Shown: positions 40,146 through 55,224 of the stretch, in pieces
Position numbering within the stretch: the stretch's first letter is position 1
Layout of the letters: each line of letters begins with the position of its first letter
NCBI RefSeq assembly: GCF_026571515.1
Contig: NW_026853246.1
Span: 1 to 64,000, forward strand
Length of the DNA stretch: 64,000 nucleotides
Reading direction: 5' to 3'
DNA from: Ruditapes philippinarum
Taxonomy: Eukaryota
Notes under the pieces: model-generated
The model's database searches: none
Told to the model about the DNA's origin: nothing
Seen by the model: only the letters and a program-made list of their open reading frames with translations
Program-made: the position numbers and the translations under genes

Positions 40146-42231
40146 CTAACATCCAAGGTTATATACCGTTGTATTGCTGGGATTTGCAGCCCAAAGGACA
40201 TCTGCATGACATTCAAAACCCTGAAAAATAAATTAGAGTTTTTTCAAAAAAAAAAAAAGGAATTATGATAAGTAAACGCTTGAGAAAGGATTCAATGATG
40301 CATATCAGTTCTGATATGTTGAATATTTTAATATCAATAATATAAGCTTATATAATATCTGTTTTGGTTTTGGAGGAATTTTATTTGTTATATGTATGTG
40401 ATCTTGATCCCGTAAAAAGATAATGTAATGCGTTTATGATTATTTTTACAGTTATACGAAAATCAAGGTCAATTTTTTAGGGGGGGGGGGTCATTTTTTT
40501 TATTTTATCTTTGTTGTTTTTTTTTTGTTGTTGTTTTTTATAATTTTTTTTACTTTTTCTCTTGTATATAAATTGTGCAAACAACTCGAAAATTTTCACT
40601 GATTTACCTTTATGAATCATTACTTCATTACAAAATTTAGACAGCGGAAAAATACACTGTTAAATAAGTTTTTAACAGAAAACAAAAACTTTATTTTCAT
40701 TTCAATTAGTATATATTTGTGAGGGGATAAAAGCTACCTACCTTTCCATTTGGAAGAGCGGTAAGGAACGAGACTCTGTATAAATCCCATTCAGGAACGC
40801 CCTGCAACAGTAAAAGTATTTTGAATAATCAAGAAACACTGTTGGCTCTGATACTATTATGTTATATTTAAAGATAAAATAGCCCCAACTCAATATAAAC
40901 ATCTAAACATTTATAATTATATGTGTAAATACACTTTATATATTCACATTTATGATATACATGTTCTAACCATGAGGTATGCTTGGGTACATCTAAACCC
41001 CTGAATCAAATATCACATTGCAACAGTCACACTTCATAAAATCATTAAAAGTATGCCAGGTTTTAGGGTTTAAACGTCTTTCATTGTTTAATATATTTTA
41101 CATTATAGTATTATTATTACATTACATTTTTTGTCATATATAACGTGACTTAAAGCGGCCTTCAGTTTTTATTTTTTTCTTGTGGAAAAACAACTCTGTG
41201 TTATTTCAAAATAAGTATTTCAGTAATTTTATCTGGGGAAAAGTGCATCATAGCATTGTAAGGTCTTCTTAAAAACAGCGTCCCAAAAGTTATCTATAGG
41301 CCGCCAGGGACGTTCGTTTCTAAAAATAGTAGATCGGGAAATAAATAGTCAGCTTAACTAATTTACATAAAGAGAAGTCCGCTAGAATACAGGTATCGAG
41401 AGATTTCCTTATTGTATATTTTATCGCCGGCAAGTTTCATTTTCAACCTTAATTTTTTTATTTGACATTTATATGAAAATATGAAACATTTGATCTAAAA
41501 ATAACCTATTAAAAATCTTTAGAAAAGCTGAAGGCCGCTTTAAGTTTACACAAACGCGCCCATTTCTGTCATATCGTAATGGAGAGCTATTGATATAAAA
41601 GTATCCTTTCCTGAAAAAACAATAGACACTTTTTGAAAAAAGATAAGCACCAAGGTATATTTTTAATATAGGAATAACGAAAAATCATGAACTATTTGTT
41701 TAGGTGCTTCACTTTATTTCTTTATGTTCTTTTTCAAATGATTAAGCATGCATACGTGTTTTTCTGTTATGATTCCTGATGATAAATTTCTATATTGAAA
41801 ATACAAGAATCTTTAATTAATATATTTTTTAAGTCTTTATTTTTGATATTTCAAAGATTATCAAGTTATGGTCCTAAAGAATGTTTAAAGTTTTCGTAAT
41901 ATGCCTTTATCATTTGATCAGTATCAATAATCATATGTTGATGGTATGCAAGAACAATCAAAGTTGATCGGCGATAATAATTAACATGAATTGATTGATA
42001 GATCAATGTATATATATAATATCTAAATGGTGAACTTACATCTCTTCGCTTGAAACCTGTCAATTTCTTTGTCAAACGCCCTCCAACATGATCTGTTGCA
42101 AGTTTAAATGAATCATCAATTTTTGGTGATGAAAGTGGTAACGCATCCCATCCGTTCATATCGAACCTAAAGCACGTGAAACATGATAATATGCCACAGA
42201 AAATAAGCACATTCAATCCTGATATCTTCAT
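40146..42231 (-). CDS. G7: secreted cystatin-fold-like protein, 108 aa, 3 exons (42231-42040, 40801-40742, 40220-40146)
   Basis: Canonical phase-0 junctions. Spliced: MKISGLNVLIFCGILSCFTCFRFDMNGWDALPLSSPKIDDSFKLATDHVGGRLTKKLTGFKRRD/GVPEWDLYRVSFLTALPNGK/GFECHADVLWAANPSNTTVYNLGC*. Clearly paralogous to G8 and G9. Confidence 0.88.
41154..41539. mobile_element. 386-bp MITE with TTAA target duplication (Kolobok-type ends) in G7 intron 1
   Basis: TTAA|AGCGGCCTTCAG ... CTGAAGGCCGCT|TTAA. An RR terminus with a TTAA target duplication fits Kolobok rather than piggyBac (CC terminus). Confidence 0.82.
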
Positions 42232-43399
42232 TATTAATTCCTTAAGGTCTTTCACCAAGAACAAATGGTGAAACTTTACACTTTCAATGACAGACGACAA
42301 CTGTGTAGGTTTTAGACTTTAAATCGACCTTTCACCAAAAAAAGGTGCACAAATTTATTAAACGTATGTCTTCAGTTATTTGACAATATCTGTCTTTTTA
42401 ATGAGAATTTCGCATGAATAGACGTTAATTATACTGTTTTATTACATAATTTGGTTTGTAATATTCGCTCATCTTTACAATAACAATGTAATGGCATATC
42501 TGATCATGACTTGAGTGTGTAATAAAACATTTAGTACTTAACTACTAATGACAATAAAATCATAGAAGAAGAAAAAGAAGAATGGAATAGTAGAAGAACT
42601 CAGAATTTTACACTTTTTTTGTAATGAGATAAATATATAGACATTGTATTAGAATATTTTCATTTATTTATCAACTTAAACGTTTAGTATGCATGACAAA
42701 ACAATGGCTGTCATTGTTTTAGATTAAATTAGATTATAAATGTTATCAAATTTCCTTAACATGTTGCATTATCATGTAATCAAACTTAAACCTGTCTATG
42801 TCACGTATATTCATGAGTTTTGATGTAACATAAAATGCAAATAAATTATGAGTTTTGATAAACAATTGTAAGTTTATTTAAGGTATTTTAAACTTATATA
42901 ATATTATCATGATAAACTGAAAGACTAAACTGCTGAAATTGTTATACTGCTTCATACTTCCATTTATATTCATTTGTTCCAATGTTCAAATATTTGCTAA
43001 ATGTAGTGCATTTGTTAAATTTGTTTCCTAATATTGAATTGTAACATATAATGTGCAAGCTTTTAATTCATCTTTATCCTTTTCAGTGTCGTATAATGTA
43101 ATATGCGCGCTTAAAATATTGACACCATATTATAATCTTAATCACATTCAAAATGGATTGAAAACGTGTGTGCACAATTTCAGATCAATATGTTTATATT
43201 TATCCAAAAATGACTTGAAATATTGTGGTGTCTTAACGATTTTGACTCAAATTAACAAACCAAAACAAGTATCTAATTAATATCAGTAATACTTAAGTTA
43301 CTATATGGCAAAACTTATGTAATTATACAATTTCAGCTACCTTATAATCATGCATTATTTTTTCATTATGAGTGAATGTTCCCACGTGCAAAATGACGC

Positions 43400-45740
43400 G
43401 ATCAACTGGCGGTGACTTTTAAGATACCGTAGTTGCTGTTGTTGAATGAACTGTTTGGACTTCACACATTTTTTAAGTTTTGATGACGTAGTCAATCGCA
43501 GTCAACAAAGTCACTGATTAGGGGAAAACCAATAACTGTGTCTAAGACAAAACGTGACCCTCAGAAATGATTCCAGATTGATGGTAAATCTACAGTTTAG
43601 ACATGAAGACATCAGAAACTTTAAAGCTAAAGAATTAGCCATGTATAAATCTAGATCTAGGCCAACATCTAAAGATAGAACTTAAGAATTTATTAGACTA
43701 TTTGAAACAAAGGAATATCAAGAACCATCAACAAGACAGGGAAAAATGTAAGATCCGGGGAATTTAGAGCTATATTTGTGACATAAGCTCTGGTCTTGAA
43801 AGCACACAAATTGATAAAAGGCTTGTACTAAATAAACGTCATTCTCAAAAATTAAGAACACTTTTCAGTATAAACAACAATAAACAACCCTTTTTCATCT
43901 TTGTGTTATTATATAATGTTTTCTATGTAAATCGGAAGTTTCTTGCCTGTCTGTTAAACTGAATTGATATTTGTTTACATTGACAACTGTTCTATGTTTG
44001 AAAGGGCGATAACTAAGATTAGCGGCGATGTCTAATCGCCACATTTCCAGCAAAGGTATTAAAGACGGCCTGTGGGACTCATAAATGTTCAAGCTATTAT
44101 CGCATTTTGACAAGCAGCAATCAGGTATTAACCGCTAAGTAATTCATTATCAGCAATAGGATATTCTGCAATTTCAAGTTGACCAGCTGATCTAATTAAA
44201 ACTGCAATAGAGAGTTCCTTCACAATTTGGTAATTCAGGATTTTCTTGTAACTGTTTGAACAACACTCAGAATCTTGCTTAGTCACTTCTCAAACAATAT
44301 TTATTGAATTGACTTGAAGTAAATGAGATTCACTTGGTGTTTTTGATCAGTTCTGACCAGTCTGTCTTGAACGGGGAACATCTAAACCACAGCAATATCT
44401 TGACATGGATTTTATTGTGTATTCATCTCTGATTTCTACGAATTCATGTATTATTGCTAATAGGAATGCGGATTTATGAACATAAACGTTGTGTTTATGA
44501 GACTATGAAGAACTATGTGAACTTACAAATGAAATTTAAAAAATCTTGCATTTTAACCTCAGAGAGAATTTAATATATTTTTAAATATTAAACATTAATT
44601 TTTAAATAATCAATTGTATACAAATCAAATAGCATAGTTTACATGTTAAATTTTTGTAATACTTTTAACCTTTCACAAATTTAAGAGTAAGTATAATTTT
44701 TTTTGATAAAACTGTTTGAACAACATCTAAAAGATATCTTGCGTGAGAGTGTTTATTACAATTTACTTACTGACAAAAACTGAAACAAATTTTAAAAGAT
44801 ATTATTGCATGGACTTGAATTAAAAAATTGTATTATATAAGCTTTGACAAGTGTAAATTCTGATAGTTAAAACAATCTGTTATTTTCGTAAAGAAATTAA
44901 TCCGTCAAAAAAAATGACATGAACGCAATAATTATAAACGAATTTTGTCTCATATTTAGTTTACACTATGTTTCTCGACGTTTACAAACACATACAGTTA
45001 TTTGCCTTATATTTTGAGACATTATATGAGTGAAGGACAAATTTGATTTAAATAACTTGGAGACGATATAATGATGACATTAAGAAACATGGAAAATAGA
45101 AAATAGTACAAACTGAGTGTTGATAACTCAAATGATTGCATTTATTGCATATGATTTTACTTCTAAAGAATGGTTAGTTTATACTGTATTCAGATATTTT
45201 GCATATTCATACAACGTTCGTATGTCAATTTGTATGACATAAGCTTCCACTTGATTCTCAGAATGATGAAGACTGTTAACTTTCACTATACAAATCAAAT
45301 TGGTCTGATAATGGTACAAAATTTTGCAAGACTGAGAACATATGTTACATTCAAACAAAACTATGGTAACTGAATAATATATTATGTCTTCCTTAACTTA
45401 AGTAAAGAGGTCGCATTTAGCGCAATTAAGATGTTGTATTGTCTCTCGCTCAAACTTAAAACTGGACGATACGTGCGAGTACGCATTGATGAAAGAATAT
45501 GTACTCATTGTACTGACAATGTTGTAGACGATGAAACACACTTTTTCATTGAAATTCTATAGGTACCAAGTTTTATATATGTTAACATCAATAACAAAGC
45601 TAACGAGAGAAGTAAGGGCTTTGACAAAATGCCTGACATTAAAGATATACTCTGCTCATACTTGACTAAAATATTTATTCACAGAAATTTATTGAAATCT
45701 ATCAAATTCTTACTGAATATGTCAAATTTGAATAAAAGAA
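43400..45740 (+). mobile_element. Decayed non-LTR retrotransposon (LINE) remnant
   Basis: Frameshifted ORF2 C-terminal motifs: RLRTYVTFKQNYG (~45329), RSHLAQLRC and LKLKTGRYVRVRIDERICTHCTDNVVDDETHFFIE (~45408-45552; the TGRY..ERxCxxC..DExHF motif). An endonuclease-like FLISSDQSVLNG lies at ~44340-44375. Boundaries are approximate. Confidence 0.72.
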
Positions 45741-47649
45741 TGAATAAACTATGTATTCGAAGCTGGGTTCCATTTTACAGATCAAGTAAAATTTGTCTGT
45801 TCTTAAAAAAAAAATACTGCAAGTACTATACATTCATATTGTGACAACCTAGAGTGTGAAGAATTTTAAAACATAACATATCAACTTTATTTGAAGTCAT
45901 AACATGTTTATTTTATATTTACAAAGAGACTGTGTAGCAATATTTTCTATAATCAAATTTGAGCATAGGATATCTTTAAAAAAAATGAAATCTGTGATAC
46001 GAAATCAATATTTTTGTGCCGCACGGTTTATTGTTAAATGTACGAAAAGAAGAAGGTTATATATTTATAAATGAACTAGTATTTCATATTGGCAATTAAC
46101 TTATTTAAACGTAAACAATCTTCAAAATTGTTTAAAGATAACAAGAAGTAAATAGCATCCTTACATTGTACACAATTCTGAAATATTTTTTTTTTTGAAT
46201 TTTGATATGCTTTGCTAAAAATCTTGATAACTGGCTACCACTGTATGTCCGATTTTTTTCTATATTTAACATATTTTCTATTGAATTAATTACAAATCAT
46301 ATTAATCAAATGTATATAGTTTAAAGTGACCTTTAGGTTCAACGTGACTGGGTGTTGTAATTTGTTACTATGTTGTGGCTATATAGCTGATTTATCATTT
46401 GTGTCTTTTCATTTTTGACAATGAGTTATATAGTGTGCATGAAAGTCAGCACATTTTAAAAACACGTTTGCTGTTTCTACAGAGTACAAAATTAACGACA
46501 ATGCGATTTTGTTTCTGATTTTTAATAAGCTGTTCATAATAGTAATGGTTATAAAAATATTGGTTTATCGTATATAAGCATATTTGCGAATGTTATATTT
46601 GATTACGTATAAAAAAATCAGTTAATTTTAACTTGTCAAGATAGGAATTATTATATTCTTCGTCAATATAAATGCCATATTGTAATGAAAGCGCAAGTAA
46701 AATGTAAAACGAATTTTTGTGCTCATATATTAGCTTGTAAACAACATATGTTTTCTCGACTGTTACATAACATCATGACAGTTTTATATCACTGTATATT
46801 TTGAGACAATTAATAATGAGTGAATAGGACTATTTCGATGAGGAAACCTTGAAGACGATATTAAATTGATGAACAATTAAGCAAAACATGGAATATTTTA
46901 GAATAAATAGTTTTCACAAGACTGACAGTTATATAAACTTTAAATGTTATATTTACATAATTCAATTTACCAATTATCATAAATTTATCACTTCAGTAGA
47001 ATGTAGCATTATGTTTATACCTTATTTACTAATAATTTCATCAAACATCAAGTGACAACTTCAATTGTCTGTGTATATATTAGAGCCATTATTTATAAGC
47101 ATTGTGATATTTTGGTATTTATGTGTAGTTTATGCATGTGGCAGAATTAAATGTCTGTTTTGATCGAAATGTGACATTCTGCCCATCCAAGGGTATAAAG
47201 TGAATGAACAGTATTAAGTCAAAATAAATACATTTTGCCATAAGTCCTTTCAATTGTATAATTAACTTCGCATGAACGATAAATAACCCTTTTGGCCAAA
47301 AGAAAAATTTGCCTGTAACATTCAATTTATTTAAAGAATGGGCAGTGTTTCTACTTATATTTTAACTAAAACGTTTAACAGTATCACCTTTTGGTCAGTC
47401 ATCATCATAATAATCAATCTTTTGAAATATTTAGTGAATTCAGTTCAATTTGACGATACAAATATGAGCATTATGTTACTTTAGTGTGTAACAATTTACA
47501 TACAGTATATGGCAGAGCTTAATCCAATCTTTACAGCAAGCTTTTGCAAGCCAAGGTTGCTCTAACACTATTACTTTATTATATTTTTTTTGTTTTTGTT
47601 TCTTTCTGTTCTATCGATATACTTTTTTGACAGCACGGAGTTTTTCACA

Positions 47650-47920
47650 CAGAAATTATCATTATTAGTTAACCATCAAATGTCGATAATGGACGAATGA
47701 TGGGGCAATTGTGAGAAATGCCAACCATTTAAACGTTGTGTAAATTATTATTCTAAATAAATATTTTTTAACCATTAGCTGTCTATGAATTGTTTTTCTT
47801 GTCCGTCCAATACATTCTTGTATTGGATGCTGTAGTAACCTGTAATATTTTTCCCTACTGGACAATTGCATGTGTATGACATGCAAGCCACATTCGACAA
47901 AACTATCCAAAAACGTACGA
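47650..47920 (-). mobile_element. Possible Penelope-like GIY-YIG endonuclease relic
   Basis: Broken frames give CIGRTRKTIHRQL (cf. YxGxTxRxLxxR) and WHFSQLPHH (cf. VxxHFxxxxH). Confidence 0.3.
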
Positions 47921-48267
47921 AAAGGACTTTGAAAAATTCTTGTGATAATGAAACTTCAAAAATTTATTACTTTGCCATAGATTGTGTGATTTTATTTTGG
48001 ATATGGAATAAAAATATTTAACACACTTGTCCTATACAATACGGTATATATTTGAACTCATACACAGCTAAGGAACTCATAAGACCCGCCTTGTTGCTTG
48101 GCCAATATGGTTTTTCGACTTATGCACTATTCAAATATGTTACCGTCTTGCACAATTCTGTTCAACTTGTAGTTCTTATACCCAATTAGTCCTCACTTAT
48201 GTGTTTATCAGAAATATACAGCTCTTTCTTTGTAATATTTTATTGCAACAGGAGAACAATAATAAAA

Positions 48268-48485
48268 CTGTTGACGACAGAATATCATCTTATATGTTTA
48301 ACATCTGTAACATTACATTGTAGATTTCAAAATAAATAACCTTTCATATAAAATTGATATCTAAAATATAAGAACAATATTGAAAATGTTGACGACAGAA
48401 TATCATCTCATATATTTAATAACATCTGTAAAATTACATTTAAGATTTCAATAACCTTTCATATTAAATTAAAATCTAAATTATA
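48268..48485. repeat. ~117-bp diverged tandem duplication
   Basis: TGTTGACGACAGAATATCATCT...AATAACCTTTCATAT..ATCTAAA occurs twice. Confidence 0.85.
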
Positions 48486-49718
48486 TATAATAGCACTAAG
48501 ATGGCATTTAGAAGCGTTTAAAAGGGACAATGCGCTCATTATCTGGTATTTCTATGCATCTTATTAATAACATTTAAAACACTGAAATTACAAAAGAACA
48601 ATTGTTTGCAATGCATACCGATGTTAGAGTGTAAGGACACCTGCTCACATCACCCGAATCATTCGTCAATCAATCAATCCGAACCTGCAACATTTTCATT
48701 TCTTGTTTATTTTTGCAGCAGCAGCATTTAATAACTTTCGACTTTCAAGTTTTCATATTTCACTAGTCAGATTTAAAACGTTTAAGGGAGACACTGTTTC
48801 TTTGTTCATACTCGGACGTAGTGTGCAAATATCGTTGATTCTTGAAGACTTATCAATTATTTATCATATTCCAGTTGTTGAAAATGAAACTTAAAGAATA
48901 TCTGAACATCTATATGGCATAGAAAGATATTTATAAAAGAATTTCAGTAACACGGTTATACAATAATGTTTCACTTAAATCTGATATGGTATATCAATGT
49001 TTAATCAACACTTAAAATAAAACCGTTGTAAGTGTAGCATCAATACCGTATAACAAAGACAAGTAAAGCCAAAATAGAAGATAACTATATACTCACTTCA
49101 TAAACAACAAACAATTTAGTTTTGCAAAAGGCATGTTTATTTACGCGTGTTTTACAGCTTTTTTTCAAATATTGTTCAGCAATTTAACAGATAAAGAATA
49201 TCTTGACACATCACTTTATCATTAGCCATTCTCTTTCACAAGTAATTATTCAAATTATGGCATTAAACAAATAATATAAAAAAAACATTTTAAGAAGGTT
49301 GATGTTTTTAGTCTATCCTTCCTATCAAATCAGTACTTTTAAACTTAAATGATATGATTATAATATTAGATAATATTAAAATTATTATTTCTATTTTGAC
49401 AGAAGCTAGTTAAGTTCAGTTCAAGTTATTTTGCAGTCAAATTCGTCTCTTCGAAAACTAAGAAAAGAAATTGTTTTAGACGATTGGTTGATTGATCTAT
49501 AAATATAGTTTTGCAGCAAATGCTTATATTAATTCTTTTTTTAAAAAAACGAACAAAATGTAATTATTTATAAAGCAAATGCTTAATTTCTTCCATAAAA
49601 ACACGAAAATCAACAGTCATCATGCATGACTAAGCTTTCACTCAGGTTTAACTGTGTTGTAATTCCAAAGTTTGTTAGTCAATGTGATATATTATGATAC
49701 ATTGCACCAGTTTGCGAC

Positions 49719-52504
49719 CTAGTACTTGAAATTAAGCTGGCTGGTCGGAAGACAACCTGTGTTGAAGACTGTCACGTTGAAGGGGTTGAAGATCCACACA
49801 ACATCTGAATGACATTCATATTCCTAAAAAAGACAATGTATTTCTTTAAGAAAAGAAAAAGAGGTCTTCGTCTATCTATCCATCTATTTATCTTTCATTA
49901 ATGTCAAACCCCTCGTGAGGACGTAGACATGTCCGCGCGTCAAAATCGCAAGAAAGTTAAAAAGAGTTAAGAACAGTAAGAAGAATAATAAATATGTTTA
50001 AACCAGGGGGTGGCGGGAAAACTAGGGTGAGATATGTTCAATGCAAGCTATGGATTCACTGAACTGCTCAGGAGTAGAGAGTAGAGCAATTTATATAAGT
50101 TATACAGTCCAGTCTAGGAAAGAAGGACACTTTTTTTTAAAGCGAATAACCTATAACACAGGATATGGCCATGGTGTGATGTTCGGGAGGGGTATCACAT
50201 ATTCTTCTAACGGGATAGCAACAAGACCATAGTGGTCTAAGAGTTCTAGTGTTCTAGTTTTTTCAGCTCTTAAAGTATCATTAATTTTAATACTTTCAGT
50301 ATAGAGGATTTTACTATGACTATGGGTGTGAGAGCCCTGCTCGATCCATTACTGTCATGAACAGACTTGCGGGGTATTTTAAGGTGGACATGGGGTGATC
50401 CCGTTGAGCTTATGGTTATCTCCCGTTCCGTGCGTAATAAAAGATGAAAAATAACAAAAATTATCTAAACACACATTTTGGTGGAAAGGCAGAAGTGTTT
50501 TAACTTGAATTTGAGTATTTGTTATGAAATTGTCAAGTTTGAAACGATAACAAATACGAAATACGAGAGTCAGAAATATGTTTAAATAATCAGTAATGTC
50601 AGTTCAAACTGGAACAAGTTAAATGTTGATGCCGCACATCAAAGACGCCGCCAAATGATGTGACCAGTCAAATAGCATTGAAAATCGCTCTCTATTACAG
50701 TTGAATATCCGAAGCACAAATCAATTGTTTCTCCATTTTCTTGGTATAATAATACTTGTGAGAAAGTAGAACCTAATGAATAAATTCACAAAATTATGCC
50801 AGGTCTGAAATTCTTAAATGTTCGTCTGTTGCGACAAAGACTGAAACGTCTGGTCGAATCAAAATGAATTGGATAACGAAAAAATGAAATGATTGGTATA
50901 CTTATAATAAATTCAACACAATATGTGCCGAGAATAAACCCATTTAAATATTGGTACGAATTGCATAATGTTCGAATGATTTTTAGGACATCTGCAGTGA
51001 TCTCCCCTTACAGGCCGAAGCGAAACCGGTTTGTTGTACTTTCTTAACAGTTGAGTGAGAACCGCCTCTCTGATAGTGGGCGTGGTTTAAACTTTGTAAC
51101 CTTGTAATTTAATGATTCAACAAGTGATATTGATCAAAGTTGTCCTGGTTCCCTTCTACCCCGTCAACGAAGACTATAAGCAGCATAATATCAAATTTAA
51201 TATGACAATTTAAGGCGGAGCCGAACTTCAACAGAGGCGAAGCAAATGAAGTAAGTGACACTGCCTCAGTTGTCACCTCTCTCCACGGTTAAGTTTTAGA
51301 ACGATCGACTATAGACTGGCTCATTGGCACGTTATTTATTATGTAGATAAAATTAGATAATGATGAAAAGAATATGATATTCAAACATGGCACTATCACT
51401 TCAGTTAAACGTTTATTCTAATCCCTTAAAGCTCTGTGACATGTTGTACATCATAAAAGCTATTTTATTAGAAGATTTAAAAACAGTGTGATTTTGTTAA
51501 AACAAAACAAAAACTACACAAAATCAAGTCTAGAATTTCCCCCATTGCTGTACGGACAAATGCATATCTACTAGAAGCCGTTTGCAAGCGGCGTCTAATA
51601 AAAGAGCAATGATTTGAAAGTTTTAAGTGTACGTAAATTGAAAAATAACAGACTTTTTAATTGAATCTTAAAAGCAATAACGTAAACATTTTATTAACGG
51701 AAAGCCATGTCAAATTAAACTTTGTTTTACTGTCAAATAGTTGATGAAACTTTTTCTCACCTCTCCTTTGAAATAAGTTCCAATGAAAGATACTCTGTAT
51801 AGGTCCCAATTGGGAATATTCTGGAAAAAAAAAGAGTTTAAAATCATCAATTTTTTAATGAAAGCATCAACACATTTCAAAAGTTGTCAAAATAATAGAA
51901 AATACAAATGTTTTCAACCTCGACAAATGTTCCAATATGTGTGTGTAAAAACAATTTAGTTTTTTTGCAACAGTAAAATATTTATTTTTCAAATATAAAG
52001 ATTAAACACTTCTTTCCGAATATGAAAATGATACACAATTTGATAACATCTATCTACATTGTTGAAATGTCCGTTAAATCACTTTCTAGTTTCTTGTTAT
52101 AAAGATGTTTTCTTCTTGTATGTTCCTTAAATAATGTGTCAACAAACGTAGAAAGTATATGCAAGTTTTTTAATGCACTTTTTTATAATCATATTCGGGT
52201 CATTTTGTGGTGAGTCGCGTCGTTGAAGTAATATTTTTCCTACCCGTATATATGAAATTGATATGTAAAATCCTTTTTATCAAAAACTATCAAAGAAACA
52301 ACTTACTTCCTCCAATTTGAATGCTGTGATAGGTTGTTTTAACTGACCAGCAAGATGTTCCACGGCCAGGTTTGTTGAATCTTGTACCCTATTGTTATCC
52401 AATCTCAATGCTTTCCATCCATTAAGATCGAAAGGAACGTGAACAGATATGCACAAATAAATCAAACTGAATAAAACGAGCACTCCTAAACTTGACTGAT
52501 GCAT
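49719..52504 (-). CDS. G8: secreted cystatin-fold-like protein, 120 aa, 3 exons (52504-52307, 51820-51761, 49823-49719)
   Basis: Canonical phase-0 junctions. Spliced: MHQSSLGVLVLFSLIYLCISVHVPFDLNGWKALRLDNNRVQDSTNLAVEHLAGQLKQPITAFKLEE/NIPNWDLYRVSFIGTYFKGE/EYECHSDVVWIFNPFNVTVFNTGCLPTSQLNFKY*. Confidence 0.9.
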
Positions 52505-55224
52505 TGTTGATTCTATTCAACAAAGTCAACAGTTTTGTTAAAACGCTCAGTATACACGTTCAGCACAGGCGGAGTACTGAACGAAATTAAGTTATAATAA
52601 CCATTTCATTAAAAAGGAATAAACATTTATTTAAATCATCTAGGTTTGTCTTCTATATGACAGCTTGTCTCGAATGTGAAACAATGGTACAAATGCGGCG
52701 TATGACTTAAATATGCGGTTTATTACAAATGAATGTTAAACACCCATTGTGAATTATTCATTGATTACACAATGGGCAAATAATGGGAAAAGGTGCATCC
52801 GTAGGTTTTATAGCACTTACTGTTCATTTCTTGTTATTTCCTGACTAATTATGATTTTCAATTTAAGCAGTCATACATACGTTTATGAGGATTGCGATAT
52901 TAAATGATTCAAGTCAACAAAATAAACAAAAATGTCACTATAATAATACGGTAGAATTAATTGGTTCTATGTTACAGCTAGAATGTGTTAGCAACAATTG
53001 GCCATAATAAACATCTTTGGTATTTCACATTCACCATTCAGGCTTTTTATATGAACAACAATACATAATACTTTTCTGCACTAGATTGGTTTTGCGCTAT
53101 TCATTATCTTTCATCTTTCATGGCCACTTCCTGTATTTTTATTTTTATCGCTCACAAGTGAACTCTTATACAATAAACTCAAAAATCAACAAAAACGGCA
53201 ACTTTTAAGCTTTATTAATTCTCATAATGTCAAAGGGGCATGCAATTTGTATATCAAGATATTTAAAGAATAATGAAATAAACACGTCACATGCAGCTTA
53301 TTGTACCAAAAATTCAATGTTTAAAGACATGGTCATAAAAGAATCTATATAACCCCTAGCATCTGAATCAGAATTATATGTAAATTATTATAGAGGAAAG
53401 ATATTCTAATTTAAGTAATTTTCAGTGCATTATCGTATGTATAATTTCGCACTGTTTGATTTAAGATACATGCTTGTATTTAATCACGAAAGCCAATAAG
53501 GATATCCTTTCACCAAGCCCAGACTGTCAAATTGTTGTTCCGTCTTCCTTTATGTGAGTGTTAATATTGCAATTTAAAGTTTTTTTCGTTACATAAAATA
53601 TTATGGACAAATGTATACGGATATCTATATATCTTTATGTAAAGATAAAACAGACTTAAGATATTACCATCCTCATGCATTACCTCCGCTTTGAAGAGTA
53701 TTCAAAAAGGCTAGAACTACTGTTAACTACATTGAAAATAAGGGCCGTGGGTTCAATCCCCAGAAGGGTCAACTTTTTTTCTTTCTTTTTTTCTTTTAAC
53801 ATTATTTATGTATCTCTCATGTCCTATTTGGAAAGGAAAAAGTGATTAATTTTGATTTTTTTTAAATTTATATAGGTATTTATTGGCTAAATTATGCTAA
53901 ATCTTGTAATAAATATGGTACCTGATATTTTCAAAGTGTAATAAAATCAAAACTAGATCGTAAAAGTATTTTCATATTTTACAAGATCAACCAATATACT
54001 TCTTTAAAAATTTGGGGAAACTTTGAAAACAGGCACTCATTTGGGTAATGTTTAAGGATATTTTAAATTAGGCTCCCTAAGGAGGAAAATGGTCAGACAC
54101 GTGGTAAAAATGGGTGGGGTAGGGTAGCATTTTTATACAGATTTCATGAATTTTAAGTTGAAACCATAATTTTGCTTATGTGGATTGTTAGCTGAATGGT
54201 ACTTTTTGTTTCTTACCAAAAATTAATGGGAAAATATTTTTCATTAGAATGTTACTGCAGATTGTTAAAAGGTTCCTCATTTCTAAAAAAAGGGCCCTCA
54301 TAACATCCTAGCTTGAGTTCAGAAAAGTGGCCATAACTTGATTTCCGTACGGTAAATTTTGTTTAAAGTTTGCATACAGGTGTACTTAAAAGGTATACAT
54401 CTGACCTATGATGTCAAGTTTTTAGTTCCTTATAGTGCCCATTAGGGTGGTAATACCTTAAAACGTATGTATTGCTTTAGCATTTTATGCCCAGCTTGGT
54501 ATCGATTACGTTACATCAGGCTCTGAATTAAGCAGAAGTATGAATATCAAAACTATCGTGACTTTGTGTCCTGCTGCGGTAGCTTGGGTGTTTCGGGGGC
54601 TATGCCCTGTGGACGTTGCCTTTGCCTTGTTGATCTTTATTCTCGTTTTTTTTAAATCAAAATGCGACACAGTATTTGTAAAAATATCGTACTATGATAA
54701 GATTGATAAATTAAATCATCCCATTTAACAAGCATTGTAAATGACGAAAAAACAGTGTGATTAATATTGCATAAGTCTTATACCAACAAAGCTGGCAAAT
54801 AAATATACCTTAGACATATCTTCACGTATCAAAAGACAATGAAAAATTGTATCGCCATACATTCAGTGAAATATTGCTTTATGATTGCTAATCTTCGAAC
54901 AATATTTAGTTTAAACAAGATTTCAATCATTATATTTATTTTGCTTTTTAAATTGTATATGAACTTAAATATACATTTATATTAATATTGTTGCACAGAT
55001 AATCATATGTAACTACCTTTATCTCCCTTTGCTTATGTTCTCTTTAATTTCAAGTATGTTGTTCCATGTGACTTGTCTCAGCATATAAATAATTTTGTCA
55101 TGAGATAACTGACAAGAAAATAAATGCAAAAATATATGTTTGCATCTAGTATAACAGATGACATTAATTGGATAAGGAAGCTGGAAATGTATGTTTGCTT
55201 GACATTCACAATATTATTAGTATT

